Below, one piece after another: positions 38,571-50,449 of a DNA stretch of 64,000 nucleotides. Origin of the DNA: Ginglymostoma cirratum (Eukaryota); assembly GCA_024137785.1 (NCBI GenBank), contig JAHRHZ010000144.1, forward strand, positions 43,095,514 through 43,159,513. The letters run 5' to 3'. The first letter of the stretch is position 1. Each line of letters opens with the position of its first letter. The notes beneath the pieces are model-generated. The model was not told the origin of the DNA. It saw only the letters and a list, made by a program, of their open reading frames with translations, and made no database searches. The translations under genes and the position numbers were made by a program.

Positions 38571-39514
38571 TTGGAGCGTCTGTGGAAATGTGACTGATGG
38601 CTATGTCTGACGCTACTGCTTTGGCAGAATCCTGAGGAGAACAATTTTACTAATGCACAAATTGAGTTGTTGTTTGTAATCTGGCTTCTTGGTTCCAAAG
38701 GGATGAGGCCCACAGAATACGTGATCTACATTTGTGGAGAAATGCGTCTTAACAATGATCTGTTTTAACAACCTTTGTGGTGTAGTCAATACAATAGCAG
38801 ATAGCATACTTTGTAACAAAGCATCCTAATGGACATATGTCACAGTTGCCACCATCCTGATGTCATTGTCTTGAACACCATTTGCAACTTATGTCTGTAC
38901 AGGAAGAACCACAAATTTTCCAAGTTCTTTTACTTTCAGAAGGTATTCCCAATCACAATTGATTATGTAGAAACACAATGGAAGATCAGTATTTAACTTC
39001 CAGTACTTGCTTTCACTTCCTATAAGGAATGTCTTCTCAAACTATACTTTGATAACTTTCAGAGTATCATCACTTTCTTGATCTTCTCTTTAAAAGGGAA
39101 TTAATTCGCCTCCAAAAGTAAATAAATATTTCCTCAAACATCCAAACTTGCGCTACAAATAAATTCCCACCCAACTCCTCATAGTGTTCTGCCAATCCAA
39201 GAGAAGTGGGTGGCTGACATTAAAATTATATGCTCTAATAGGTGTCAGTGGAAGATAGGTAATCTTCAGAAGTACATTTAGTATACACCACAATGCAGTT
39301 GGAGAAGAAGTTGCAGAATTTTGACCAAGTGACAGTGTATGACTATGATGGTATTTTCAAGTCAGGATGTTGAGTGTCTTGGAGAGGAACTTGGAGTAGG
39401 TGGTAATGTTACCGTGTATCTGTGGCCATTATTTTTTCAAAGGTAGTTGTCCTTGGTTTGGAAGGTGCTGACGAATGAGACATGGTGAATTTTTTGCAGT
39501 GAATCCTATAGATT

Positions 39515-39892
39515 TTTTTATGATTTGCTCATGGAATGTGGGCATCACTAGCTAGGCCACCATTTATTTCCCATCCCGAGTTGCACTTGGATTAAGAGTG
39601 ATGTACAACTGAGTGACTTGCTAGGCCATTTCAGAGGGCAGGTATGAGCCAGCCACATTGGTGGGGTCTGGGATCACATCTAGTTCAGATTGGTCAAGGA
39701 TGGAATTTACCTAGCTCAAAAATGATTAGAGAACTAGATGGGTTTTTATGCCAATTGACAATGGTTTCATGGTCATCATTAGATTTTTAATTCTAGATCT
39801 CTTTTCTACCTGCTCTAGTGGAATTCAAACCTAGATCCTGAGAACATTACCTCGGTCTCTGGATTATTAGCCTAATAGTAATACCATGAGGC
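39515..39892 (-). mobile_element. tRNA-derived SINE (family S-B), full length
   Basis: Reverse complement gives head (GGTTTGAATTCC B box), body, CCTCTGAAATGGCCTAGCAAGTCACTCAGTTGTAC, then the family B tail GGGATGGGAAATAAATGGTGGCCTAGCTAGTGATGCCCACATTCC. Confidence 0.85.
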
Positions 39893-39979
39893 ATCCTTAA
39901 AACATTGCTGCTACTTTGTTTGGTGGTTGACAGAGTTTGTGGATGTGGTGCCAATCAAATGAGCTGCTTTGAATTGTTT

Positions 39980-40104
39980 CAGAGATAGTAGGAATTGCAG
40001 ATGCTGGAGAATCTGAGATAGCAAGGTGTAGAGCTGGATGAACACTGCAGGCCAAGCAGCATCAGAGGAGCAGGAAAGCTGACGTTTCGGGCCTACACCC
40101 TCCT
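39980..40104 (-). mobile_element. PLE pseudo-LTR fragment (family P1) with apparent TSD
   Basis: CAGAGATAGTAGGAATTGCAGATGCTGGAG...GACGTTTCGGGCCTACACCC, flanked by GCTGCTTTGAAT at 39963-39974 and 40108-40119. Confidence 0.88.
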
Positions 40105-40656
40105 TTGGCTGCTTTGAATGTTGTTCAAGCTGCATTTATCTAGGAAAATGGGGAGTAAACCATCACACTCCTGACTTATGCCTTGTGGATGATGGACAAG
40201 CTTTGCTGCAGGATTCCTAGCCTCTGACCTGTTTTTGTAACCGCGGTATTTATATGGCTGGCCCAGTTCAGTTTCTAGTCCATGCTAACAGCCAAAATGT
40301 TGATAATGTGGAATTAAGTGATAGTAATATCAAAGCATAACGGTTAGATTCTCTTGTATTGGAAATTACCATTGTCACTTGTTTGGAACAAGTTTTACTT
40401 GTCTCTTGTCAGCCCAAACTTGGATATTGTCCAGGTCTTGCTGTTTTTGAACATGGGCTGCTTCAGTATCTGAAGAGTCACAAATAGCGTTGAATATTGT
40501 GCAATCATTTCTGAACTTCCCAATTTCTGACTTTATGATGAAAGGAAAGATCACTGACGAAGCAGATAAAAATGATTGGGCCTAGAACACTACCCTGTGG
40601 ACCTGCTGCAGACATGTCCTGGAGCTGAGATGACTGACCTCCAAAAGCCATCACTA

Positions 40657-41680
40657 TAAGTGTGAGGTGATGCAGTTTAGAAGGTTAAATGCAAGAGGAA
40701 AGTATACAGTAAAGGTTAGGACCTTTAGGAACATTGATATACAGAGGTATCTTGGGGGTGCAAGTCCATAACTACTTGAAAGTGCCAACGCAAGTGGAAG
40801 AGGCAATGGCCTAGTGGTATTATTGCTGGACTGTTAATCCAGAGACCTGGATAACATTCTGGGGACCTGGGTTCAAATCCCACCATGGCAGATGGTGGAA
40901 TTTGAATTCAATAAAACATCTGGAATTAACAGTCTAATGATGACCATGAATCCATTCTCAATTGTTGGAAAAACCCATTTGGTTCACTAATGTCTTTTAG
41001 GGAAGGAAATTCCCTTAAAAAAAGGTGATACAGAAGGCATACGGCATGCTTGCCTCCATCGGCTAGACGCTTGAGTATAAAAGTTGGCAAGTCATGTTGC
41101 AGCTGTACAAAACAGTTAAAGCTGTTAGGCCATGTTTGAGTATTGTGTGCAATTCTGGTTGCCACACTATAGGAAGAACGTGGAGGCTTTGGAGAAGGTA
41201 CAAAAGAGGTTTACTAGGATGTTACCTGGATTGAGTGTATTAACTGTAAGGTGAGATTGGACAAATTTAGGTTGTTTTTGAGAAAGCACTGAAGGCTGAG
41301 GGGCAACCTGATAATAAGAATGTAAAATTAAGAGAGGCATTAGAAGTGTGGATAACTGGAGTCTTTTTCCCAGGATGATATGTCCTACACTAGGAGCCAT
41401 AGGTTTAAGGTGAGAGGGTGAAAGTTTGAAGGAGATGTGAAAGGCAAGTATTTTTACATAGGGGCTGGTAGGTGCCTGGAATGTGCTGCCAGGGAAGTTG
41501 GTAGAAGCAGGTATGATAGCTACGTTTAAGAGGCATTTAGACAGCACATGAAGAGGCAGGGATGAAGGGATATGGACCATGTGTGGACTGTCAGGATTGG
41601 TTTAGAGTTGCATCATGGTTGGCAGACACATGGTGGACCAAAGGGCCTCTTCCTGTGCTGTACTACATTCTGTGCTCTAT
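40657..41680 (+). mobile_element. CR1 LINE (family A) 3' fragment inserted in the family B LINE
   Basis: AAGTGTGAGGTGATGCA (KCEVM) start, RPCLSIVCNSG (decayed RPHLEYCVQFW), and a 3' UTR ending TTCTGTGCTCTAT. Confidence 0.88.
40798..41012 (+). mobile_element. tRNA-derived SINE (family S-B), head plus partial body, inside the CR1
   Basis: A box TGGCCTAGTGG at 40807-40817 and B box GGTTCAAATCC at 40870-40880. Confidence 0.88.
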
Positions 41681-43692
41681 CACCATCTTTCTTTGTGCCA
41701 GGCATGACTAACCAGCTGACAGATTTCTCCCTGATGCCCATTGATTGTACATTTTTCTAGAGCTCCTTAATGCCACATTTGTTCAAGTGTAGCCATGATG
41801 TCATGACCGGTCCCACTCACCTTACCTCTGGAATTCCACACTCTGTCTGTGTTTGAACCAGGAGCTGAGTGTTTCTGGCAGAGCCCAACTTGAGTGTCCG
41901 TGAGCAGGTTATGGCTGAGCAGGTGCTGCTTGTTGTCACTGTTGATGACATCTTCCAGCTTTACTGATGATTGAGAGTAAACTGATGGGGCAGTAATTGC
42001 TGATAATATTTGTCCTCATTTTTGTGTGCAGGGACGTGCTTGGGAAATTTTCCACTTTGCCATGCAAATACTACTGTTGTAGCTCTGCTGGAACAGCTTG
42101 GCTAGGGCTGCAGCAAGTTGTGGAGAACAAGTCTTTACATCTATTGCTGGGATGGTATCACACGCCATAGCCTTTGCAATGCCCAGTGTTTTCAGGTATT
42201 TATTGATATTGCATGGAGTGAATTGAATTGGCTGAAGACTGGCAACCCTGATGCTGGAGACCTCAGGAGGAAGCAGAGATGGATCATTCACTCAGCACTT
42301 CTGATTGAAGCTGGATACAATAGCTTCAGTCTTATCCTTTGCACTGATATGCTGGGCTCCCCCATCATTGAGAGTAGGGGCATTTGTAGTGAGTTGTAGC
42401 AGGCCTGCAGAGCTTAGACCTGATCCATTGGTTGTGGGATTGCTTCTCTCTATCTGTTTGTTGCTCCATTTGACTTTTGGCGCACAAGTATTCCTGTACT
42501 GTGGCATCACCAAATTGACAGCATTTTTTTTAGCTGTACTTGGTGCTACTCCTGCATGCCGTCCTGAACTTTTCATTGGGATTTACTCCTATGGTAGATT
42601 GGGAGATATGCCGAGCCATGAGGATACAGTTTCTGTTTGAGTACAATTCTGCTACTGCTGATGGGTTGCTAGATGTGTTCAAATACTATCCTATTTAGCA
42701 TAGTGATAACACCGCACAGCATGATGTAAGGTATTTTCAGTGTGAAAACTGGACTTCATTTCCACAAGGTCTGTGTAGTGGTCACTGTCAGTAACACTGA
42801 CAAGGGCAGATGCATCTGCAGCAGGAAAAATTGGTGGGGATGGGTCAAGTATGTTTTTCCTTCTTGTTGGTTCCCTTGCCACCTGCCATGCACCTAATCT
42901 AGCAGCTGTGTCCTTTAAGACTCAACATCTTGGTCAGTAGTGGTGCTGCTGATCCATGCCTGGCGACCGACATTCAATTCCCCAAAACAGTGTGCAATCT
43001 TTCCACTCTTAGAGCTTCCACCAATTTCTGTTCAGCATGGAGGAGGACTGATTCATCTGCTGAGGATGGTTGGTCAGGCATAGTTAGCAAGAGGTTTTCT
43101 GACTCATGTTGACCTGATATCATGAGACATCATCAGGCCCAGTGTCAATAGTGAGGACTTCCAGGGCAAATACCTCCCAAATGTATGCCACTGTCAGATG
43201 GACACCCAGGGTTAGTGATGGTGTTATGATAGTCATACTCACAGCATTGTATCTTAAAGAAAATGTCAGGCTGTTGCTTGACTAGTCTGTGAGACATCTC
43301 TCCTGCTAGTTCAGATGTGGTAAAGAAAACTTTGCAAAGTCGATTGAGCTGAGTTTGCCATTGTCACTTAAAGTGCGAAGGTTGATGGCAGATGGTCCAT
43401 CTGGTTTCATTCCATTTTTTAGTGGTTTCATTGATTTTACTAAATTCAAATTTCACTGCCTACCATGGTAGAATTTGAACCCATGTCTCCAGAACATAAG
43501 CCTGGTGTTATGGATTATTAGCCTGGTAATAATATCATTATACCACCCTCTCCCTCTTTGAAGGTGTGGATAGCTAACAGAATTTGTCAATGATGTTTGT
43601 AGTTCTCATACTGCTTCTCCTCCTCTGTACAAAAGGAAACGGGGGAATCTGAAACAGAGTTCATCATTTTCTGATGGCATGCCTATTACGTT

Positions 43693-43835
43693 AAACTAAA
43701 AATTGCTGGAAATACAAAGCAGGTCTGGCTGTAGCCATGGAGCAAGAAAATGGGTTAAACGTTTGCAGTCGATGACCTAGTTTGAGACTTTTGGTGAAAG
43801 GTCATTGCCTGAAACATAAAGTCTATCTCTCTGAT
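43693..43835. mobile_element. Head-to-head PLE pseudo-LTR fragments (family P2), decayed
   Basis: AAATTGCTGGAAATAC..AGCAGGTCTGGC..AAACGTTTGCAGTCGATGACCT (minus), then GGTGAAAGGTCATTGCCTGAAACATAAAGTCT (plus). Confidence 0.55.
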
Positions 43836-44034
43836 GACAAATAAAAGTACCGCTGCTGTAGCCTTTGCAGTGCCCTCTCCCAGACCAATTTGCCCAACAT
43901 TGAGACTTTAATCAACCAAATTCAGCTCACTGGGTGGGTCTTAAAGTTCATATCCTTGACTCTGGACTCCCAAAGGGTTTCCTTTAATCAGAAGTGTGTT
44001 GCAGAGGAGCCCCTGAGGAGTTCAGTGGAAATAT

Positions 44035-44163
44035 TTTAGGGAGGAAACCCATACGGACATTGCGAGAATGTGCAAATTCCACACAGTCTCCCAAGGGTGG
44101 AATTGAACCTGGGTCGCTGGCACTGTGAGGCTGCACTGCTAACAACAGAGCCCGCCATGCTGA
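44035..44163 (-). mobile_element. HE1-type V-SINE 5' portion
   Basis: Reverse complement gives a tRNA head with GGTTCAATTCC and TGTGTGGAATTTGCACATTCTC..GGGTTTCCTCC. Confidence 0.85.
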
Positions 44164-44294
44164 TGGTGAAAATGGTGAAGGCCTGATTAAGAGGGCACCA
44201 AGTAAATCCAGGAACGTAATAAGGATCACACAGAATCATGTTGAGGCCTCAAAGAGAGCGCACTTAACTCCAAACAGCAAAGTTGATTTTTTTT

Positions 44295-46060
44295 TCATTG
44301 GCAGTGCCTCACAGATGAGGATGACTTTCTTCTGATCTGAGGATGAGTCCGAAGGTGGCTGTACAGACCGGTGCAGCTACCGCAGGCTCCATTACATTTG
44401 GGCAGAAGGTGGTCATGGGAAGGGGCGGGTGGGGCGTTGGTGTGGCAGCACAGTCATTTTGCTGTTTTCACCTGGCTTTTTCCCGACAGCAAGTCTCGAA
44501 GTGCTGAACACCTTTCCAGATTCTCCTCCTCCACTTTGAGCCAGTAATTCCTAGGTGTTTGTGGGAATGCCGCATTCTGCCAGTGAGGCCTTGAGGGTAT
44601 CCCTGTAGCACTTCCTCTGTCCACCTGCGGCTTGCCTGCTGTTTCAAAGCTGGGAATAGAGAACCTGCTTGGGGAGTCTCGTGTTGGTCATGCAGATGAT
44701 GTGCCCAGCCCATTATAGTCAATCAGGGGTGGTCAGTGCCTCGGCACTGGGGATATTGGCCTGCTTGAGGACGCTGGTATTGGTGCGTCTTTCTTCCCAG
44801 TGGATTTGCAGGATCTCGTGCAGGCAGCATTGGTGGTACTGCTCCGGTGCGTTGAGGTGTCCGCTATAGACAGTCCACGTCTCAGAGTCGTTTAGGAAGG
44901 TAGGAACTATCACAGCTCTGTAAATCATGATCTTGATGTCAGATCTGACGGTGTTGTTCTTGAACATCCTTTTCCCCAGGGAGCCGAAGGCTGCACTAGC
45001 ACACTGGTGGCGGTGCTGGATATCCATCAATAGCTGCTTTGGCTGACAGGACACTCCCGAGGTATTGGAAGTGGTGAACATTCTCTAAGGCTTCCCCATG
45101 GGCCTTCTTGATTTGGGGTTCACTGCACAGTGCTAGGCCAGGTTGGTGGAGAGCCTTTGTCTTGCAGATGTTCAGGATCCATGCTCTCACATGCCTCCAT
45201 AAAGGTGCTGACAGTGGTCTGGAGTACATCCTTTGAGATTGCAGCTTGATGACACTGGTTAGGGTGACTTTGGTTTTGACTTGAGGGTGGCGGAGATTGA
45301 ATAATTTCCCGCAGGTTTTGTAAGTTAGCTACACTCGAGCAGGGAGCTTGTCAGCAATGCGGTGAAGCAATGCAAGGTAGATCAAGCACAGTGTTGGGGC
45401 AATGACAAAGCCCTGCTTGACCCAGGTCTGAATGGGGAATGGGTTGGTGGTGGAGCCATTTGTCTTTACCATGACTTCCATGTCTTCATGGAGCAGGTGA
45501 AGGATGCTGACAGACTTCATGCTGTAACCAAAGTGGAGAATGACACCACATAATGTTTCCTGATTGATGTTGTCAAAAGCCTATGTGTGGTCAAAGTGAA
45601 AATCATGCCCGTTATGCTCCTCCATGGCCAAAAACCACACTGCAACTCTGGGAGGAGTTCCTCAGCCACAGGGAGCAGATAGTTGAAGAGGAACTTAGAG
45701 ATGACTTCTCCAATGGCCGACAGCGGGGAGATTTCCTGTAACCACAGTCGGACCTGTTCCCTTTTTTGAAAATACTCACGACTGTGGCATCTTGAAGCTT
45801 TCCCAGGATGCTGTCCTCCTTCCAGATAAGGGAGACAAGGGTGCAAAGCTGCAGCAGGAATTCTTCACCTCTGCGCTTCAGTGTCTCAGCGGGGATACCA
45901 TCTGGTCCAGCACCCTTCTTGTTCTTGAGCTGGCAGACAGCCTTCTCTACTTTGTGCAAGGCTGGGGTGCAGCTGAGCTCATGGCAATGTAGCATGCTGT
46001 GGGATGCGTTCAAGTACGCTCAGATCAATGTCAGAGAGCTGGTTGAGGAGGTCTGAAACA
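44295..46060 (-). mobile_element. RTE-clade LINE, 5'-truncated, RT to 3' end
   Basis: Minus ORFs LKNKKGAGPDGIPAETLK, SIFKKGNRSDCG, LPELQCGF, VKQGFVIAPTL, FQYLGSVLS, IYRAVIVPTFL.DSETW, ILQIHWEERRTNTSVL. Confidence 0.93.
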
Positions 46061-48111
46061 GCGCAAGACCAAATCCTTCAAGCACGACCTGACCCCATTG
46101 CAGGGTCTGCAGATTTGTATTGGACTTGTGTGCTATTTCAGAGCCCATTCAGCTCAAGTGGAAGTATTTCATCTTTGATCACAAGCACTGCCTGTAAAGG
46201 GAGAAGACAGAGTATCTCCATAGTGTTCTCCGTTGAATTCAGATTTCCAACAACCGCAGTGTTTTTCTTTTTAATTACATTAAACTTTATTGTCTAAACA
46301 AGCTGATATCTTTAATACTAGATCTGTTTAAAATGTCTTGCAAACCTGCAGGAGACTCTTTAAAAACGTACTAAAACTCTTGTTTCTTTATATAGTTCCT
46401 ACAAACATTTTCCGATGCAAATTTCAGGGTCCACATTCATATAGGAAAGTGTCCATTGAAATATATTATTCTGTACTTGGATCCTACCCGGGTAACAATG
46501 TGATAGATCTATGTCTTCTAGTTTCTCAGTCTTAAATTTTAGATAAACTTTCAAGCAACTCTATTTCTCAATTTATACTTTGCAGTATGTTTTTATTTCA
46601 CTATAAATAGAATCAAATCTAATTTTACATTGATGTAATGGTTGAATGTATGGTTTTAAAGTGGAGACTGAATTACATAAATATGCCCGAATCCGTATGT
46701 CCCTAACCATGCTTAACTTGAAGACGATGTTTAAATTTCCTTCCCTTTGTTCAGAGCCTCATGTATACTTTTTAAAACTTTCGAGGTCCTGTCTTCCGGT
46801 CCTTGTGCACTTGATGGTTTTCACCTCTGCAGTGCCTCTGGCCAAATACAGACAGATCGTTAACATTTATTCTACTAATGCAATGAGTGAAAATTAACTG
46901 TAAAAGCGGGTTGAGTTTGAGTTGGGTGAAAAATCTCTTTGCCAACACCAGCAAATGCAATTTCTGGCTTTCATTAAGCCTATAATTGTGTGTGTAGTCG
47001 GTCCGTTCTGGGGAGGGTTACTGCCTGACTGCAAACACAAACTGCCATTCTGACAGACTCAGGGTCTATGGATCAGGTAAATTAAAATTCCCTCCAGTAG
47101 TAGGGGACTGCCTGTGTCCTCTGTCATTTTTCAATAACCAATGAGTCACATTCTGGGGGTGAGTAAGAATTTCCATTTCACCAAATCGCAGATGGTTCTT
47201 TGTATCTTTTCTGGTCAAATTTTAGTAAAAGAATAATTGTATGTTGGCAGAAATATTTCTAACCACAAAATGCCTATTTTGTGATCCTATAATTTATAAT
47301 GGAATCAGGAGTGCCTTCTGATTTTTATTTTTTTAATCTTTTGTAATTCTTATTATTGTGATTTGTTAATTTCTGATTCATCTTCTAGATGAATGTAAGA
47401 TCTTTGTTCTAGTAGAAATAAATCTGTGCTGCTTTCAAATACACACTGAAATTTTCTTAACCTATTTTTCAGATGACTGTTTATTTAGTAACAGTTCATA
47501 ATATATGCACAATTGGTACTGTCACTTCCACACTCTAGATTGTTTACGTTCAGAAAGAAGTGTAAAATAGGGCTGTCTAATTTATAGGCTGTAATTCAAA
47601 GACCAGCATCTGCTTTCTTAATTTATAAATGTTTCCACAGTCAAGAGACTTGTGTAGATTTCAACGCTACTGTGGATGCGTTGTAGCCCAGTAAAAATAA
47701 AACCTGCTATTTGAGCCGCAAGCAAAACAAAATTCAATTTTGTAGTTGTCATATATGAATGCTCCTTCAGCCTGTCTCTTGAATCAGACTTTTTGACAGC
47801 AGTCCTGAATGTCTCCTTTGATAGCTCAATGTCTTTGTTGATATCACTTTCATTCAGCATCTTTTGGATACTTTATATTAATTGTACACTACAAATATAC
47901 GTTGGATAAATTCACAAAATTTCAGGAGTTCTTACAGTGCTGTTCCCTGTTTTTATTAACTTATCCTGCTGTTTCCCTGATTTCTGCCTTCACAATGGTT
48001 GAGATGCATGGAAGAAAAGTATTTGTTAAAGTATATATCTTCATATACATAAATATTCAAAATATTTTGATATTATAATATTGACTTTCTGTGTTGTTAT
48101 AGCCATCTATA

Positions 48112-48322
48112 AAGGTAAGTTAGCTCGGCTGGACGACTGGTTTATGATGCAGAGTAATGCCAACAACAAGTGTTCAATTTTTGTAGTGGCAATGGTTACC
48201 ATGAAGCGCCCACCATCTCAATCTCAACCATTGCTTGAGGCATGGTGATGCTCAGGCCATACCACTACTAGTTGTCTCCCTCTAATAAGACAGCAATCCT
48301 CTGAGATAACAGTGGCTTTACT
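48112..48322 (+). mobile_element. Short tRNA-derived SINE (distinct family), decayed
   Basis: Head GTTAGCTCGGCTGG...GTGTTCAATT, body GGTTACCATGAAG..CTTGAGGCATGGTGATGCTCAGG, end GTGGCTTTACT. Confidence 0.55.
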
Positions 48323-48689
48323 CAATGGCTTGCTATGCAAAATTTATATTTAGTTACTAATACGAACCATTAATTAAGCTAAATATTTACAGTCTAACAT
48401 TTACTGGCTTAATGTCATGGCTTGGAAATTCCAGTATTGTTGGCAATATAAATGGAGGCACTTTTATTTCCAGTGAAATTGGAGGAGTTGATCCCCACCA
48501 GAAATTCAGGGTCTGGGAATTTAAGCAATACCGGCAAGACGAGGAGGATTCCCACCATTTAGGGGCTGATTCTCTGGAGGTAAAGACGTATACAACTGAA
48601 ACATTATTTGAACTCCTTTGCCAGTCATAATTTTTTAGCTTTCTCTTTTAAGTTGATGTCCAAAGGAAAAAATTGACTTAATCACAAGA

Positions 48690-48820
48690 AAAAGAAAGAA
48701 CTGCAGATGCTGTAAATCAGAGACAAAAGTAGAAATTGCTGAAAAAGCTCAGCAGCTTTGACAGCATCTCTGGAGAGAATGAGAGTTAACATTTCGGGTC
48801 AAGTGGCCCTTCCCCAGAAT
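48690..48820 (-). mobile_element. PLE pseudo-LTR fragment (family P2)
   Basis: GAACTGCAGATGCTGTAAATCAG...GCTCAGCAG...GAGTTAACATTTCGGGTCAAGTGGCCCTTC. Confidence 0.75.
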
Positions 48821-49926
48821 TTAGTCATAGTTAGGATTGAATAATTCACTTATAGCCATTGCTTACAGACGAAGAACAAAAGTCTGAAATCCAATTTGAT
48901 CATTGACCCCATTAAGCACATTCATTCTCGAAGGCATTGTACAATGCACACAACAGTTGATTTTTTTCTAACGTTTACTGATAGACTTTCTTCTTCCTAT
49001 ACTTGGTTGTATTAGACTGTTTGCTCACAACACATGGTTTAGAAGGATTACTCATCCATAAAGGAGTTCACCCAAATTTCCTTACGTTGAAATTAATGAA
49101 CAGGAAATTGAGCAGGAACATTTACTGGTGTCCTCAGCAATCCAATACATCAGATGCTAGAACTAGACAATGTACACCATAATAGTTTAAGGAAGATAAA
49201 GAATTCCGGGTAAATAACAGTCTATGAAATTTCTGTCTGATCCCTTAAGGTAATTTATTGGAGCTGTGAGATGTTACTCTCAAACTATGATTTCTGTTTT
49301 TTGACCCTTAACACTTTTTTTCACAGCTGATGTTTCCATGGGCCTAGAAGCATAAAATCCATCATGACCCTGAGTATTTTATCAGTCACTTAGCATGACA
49401 ATTGTGTATTCCATTTTTCACAAGGTACTAATCTAGATTGCTATTAAGGGAATTACACATTGACTTATTTTGATAACAGCTTATTTCACGTAGTAATGGC
49501 AAATATTTCTCTTGCTTCATTTAAGAGTATATTTTGCATTTCTTCACCATTTAATCATAATTTAAAATTCCTGATTGCATTTACATTATTTATTCTTCAC
49601 ACACTATTAGTATATTAGCCATATTTATCTGTTTATTTTAACCACAAAGAAAATCAATTCAATCAGTGAGTCCTCCTAACATACAACTTATAACTAGCTT
49701 TAATTATTGTGCTCACTCTAGCCTGAGTTATACAATGTATCAATGCCTTTTTGAAAATGTGAAGCCAGAAGTTGTGCATGCTATTTAAAACATTGCTGTA
49801 ATAATGAAAGTGATTTTCCATAATATCTTTTGGCAATGTTAAGTGGCATTGAGGTTCATTTGAATATTTTAACAGACACATTGATCATTAGTTTTACATT
49901 TCTTTTTGCCATGTTAACCGAGGTAA

Positions 49927-50090
49927 TAAAACAAAGAACTCCAGATGTTCGAAGTCTGAAACCAAATTAGAAATTTCTGGAGAAACTCAGCAGGTTTGAA
50001 GTAGCGTATCAGGCTTGAAATACTAACTCTGCTTCTTCTTCACAGATTCTGCCAGGCCTGCTGAGTTTTTACAGCCATTTCCATTTTTAT
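49927..50090. mobile_element. Head-to-head PLE pseudo-LTR fragments (family P2)
   Basis: GAGAAACTCAGCAGGTTTG (minus orientation) and CAGGCCTGCTGAGTTTT (plus orientation) are reverse complements. Confidence 0.7.
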
Positions 50091-50383
50091 TATGATAACC
50101 ATGGTACTAAAATTTGCAATTTTACAAAATATATTGAACATTTTCAAGTTTTGGTTAATACATTCCTCCATCATACTAGCTACCAAATATGTAGAATTGT
50201 TAGGCATTGCAGTTTTCAGTATTGTTTCCATTTCGTCATTTTATGTTGAATAAAAACTGGACATTTAATAGTATGCAGTTCTGTATTTGAAACCAATTGA
50301 GCAGTTAAATATGGATGAAGGAATAAATCTAACCCGAAACAATGAGTTATTATTTGCCTTCTCATTTTGTTTCTGCTTTTCAG

Positions 50384-50449
50384 GAACCCTCCACCTACTT
50401 TACTACACCCAGAAAAATGGCACGCAGGATTCAACCACTTCATTTCACA
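50384..50449 (+). CDS. MYO3B: Internal coding exon of myosin IIIB (class III myosin, STE20-type kinase domain, subdomain X-XI); 66 bp, phase 2-2
   Basis: Polypyrimidine tract and acceptor TTTTGTTTCTGCTTTTCAG| (AG 50382-50383); donor CA|GTGAGT (50450). It translates to (R)[21 protein letters not shown](Q), against human MYO3[24 protein letters not shown] as I recall it. The MYO3A paralogue reads [23 protein letters not shown]. Confidence 0.92.

Larger units (their letters stand above)
39285..43554 (-). mobile_element. Near full-length, decayed family B LINE (tRNA-like head, EN, RT, 3' region) with nested insertions
   Basis: Minus ORFs REPTRRKNILD...SDHYTDLV (EN), KAMACDTIPAIDVKTCSPQLAAALAKLFQQSY (RT domain 0) and QGSVLGP (about 40580-40598). 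The 3' part at 39285-39510 matches 4480-4720. The 5' end runs into a tRNA-like head at 43440-43554. Confidence 0.85.

Noticed and set aside
38830-39230. Possible additional Gypsy pol trace on the minus strand (QESDDTL...KYWKL)
   Set aside because: Too degraded to support without a profile search.
40798-40890. Possible tRNA gene (clean A and B boxes)
   Set aside because: No cloverleaf or oligo-T terminator, and it continues into a SINE body repeated elsewhere in the window.
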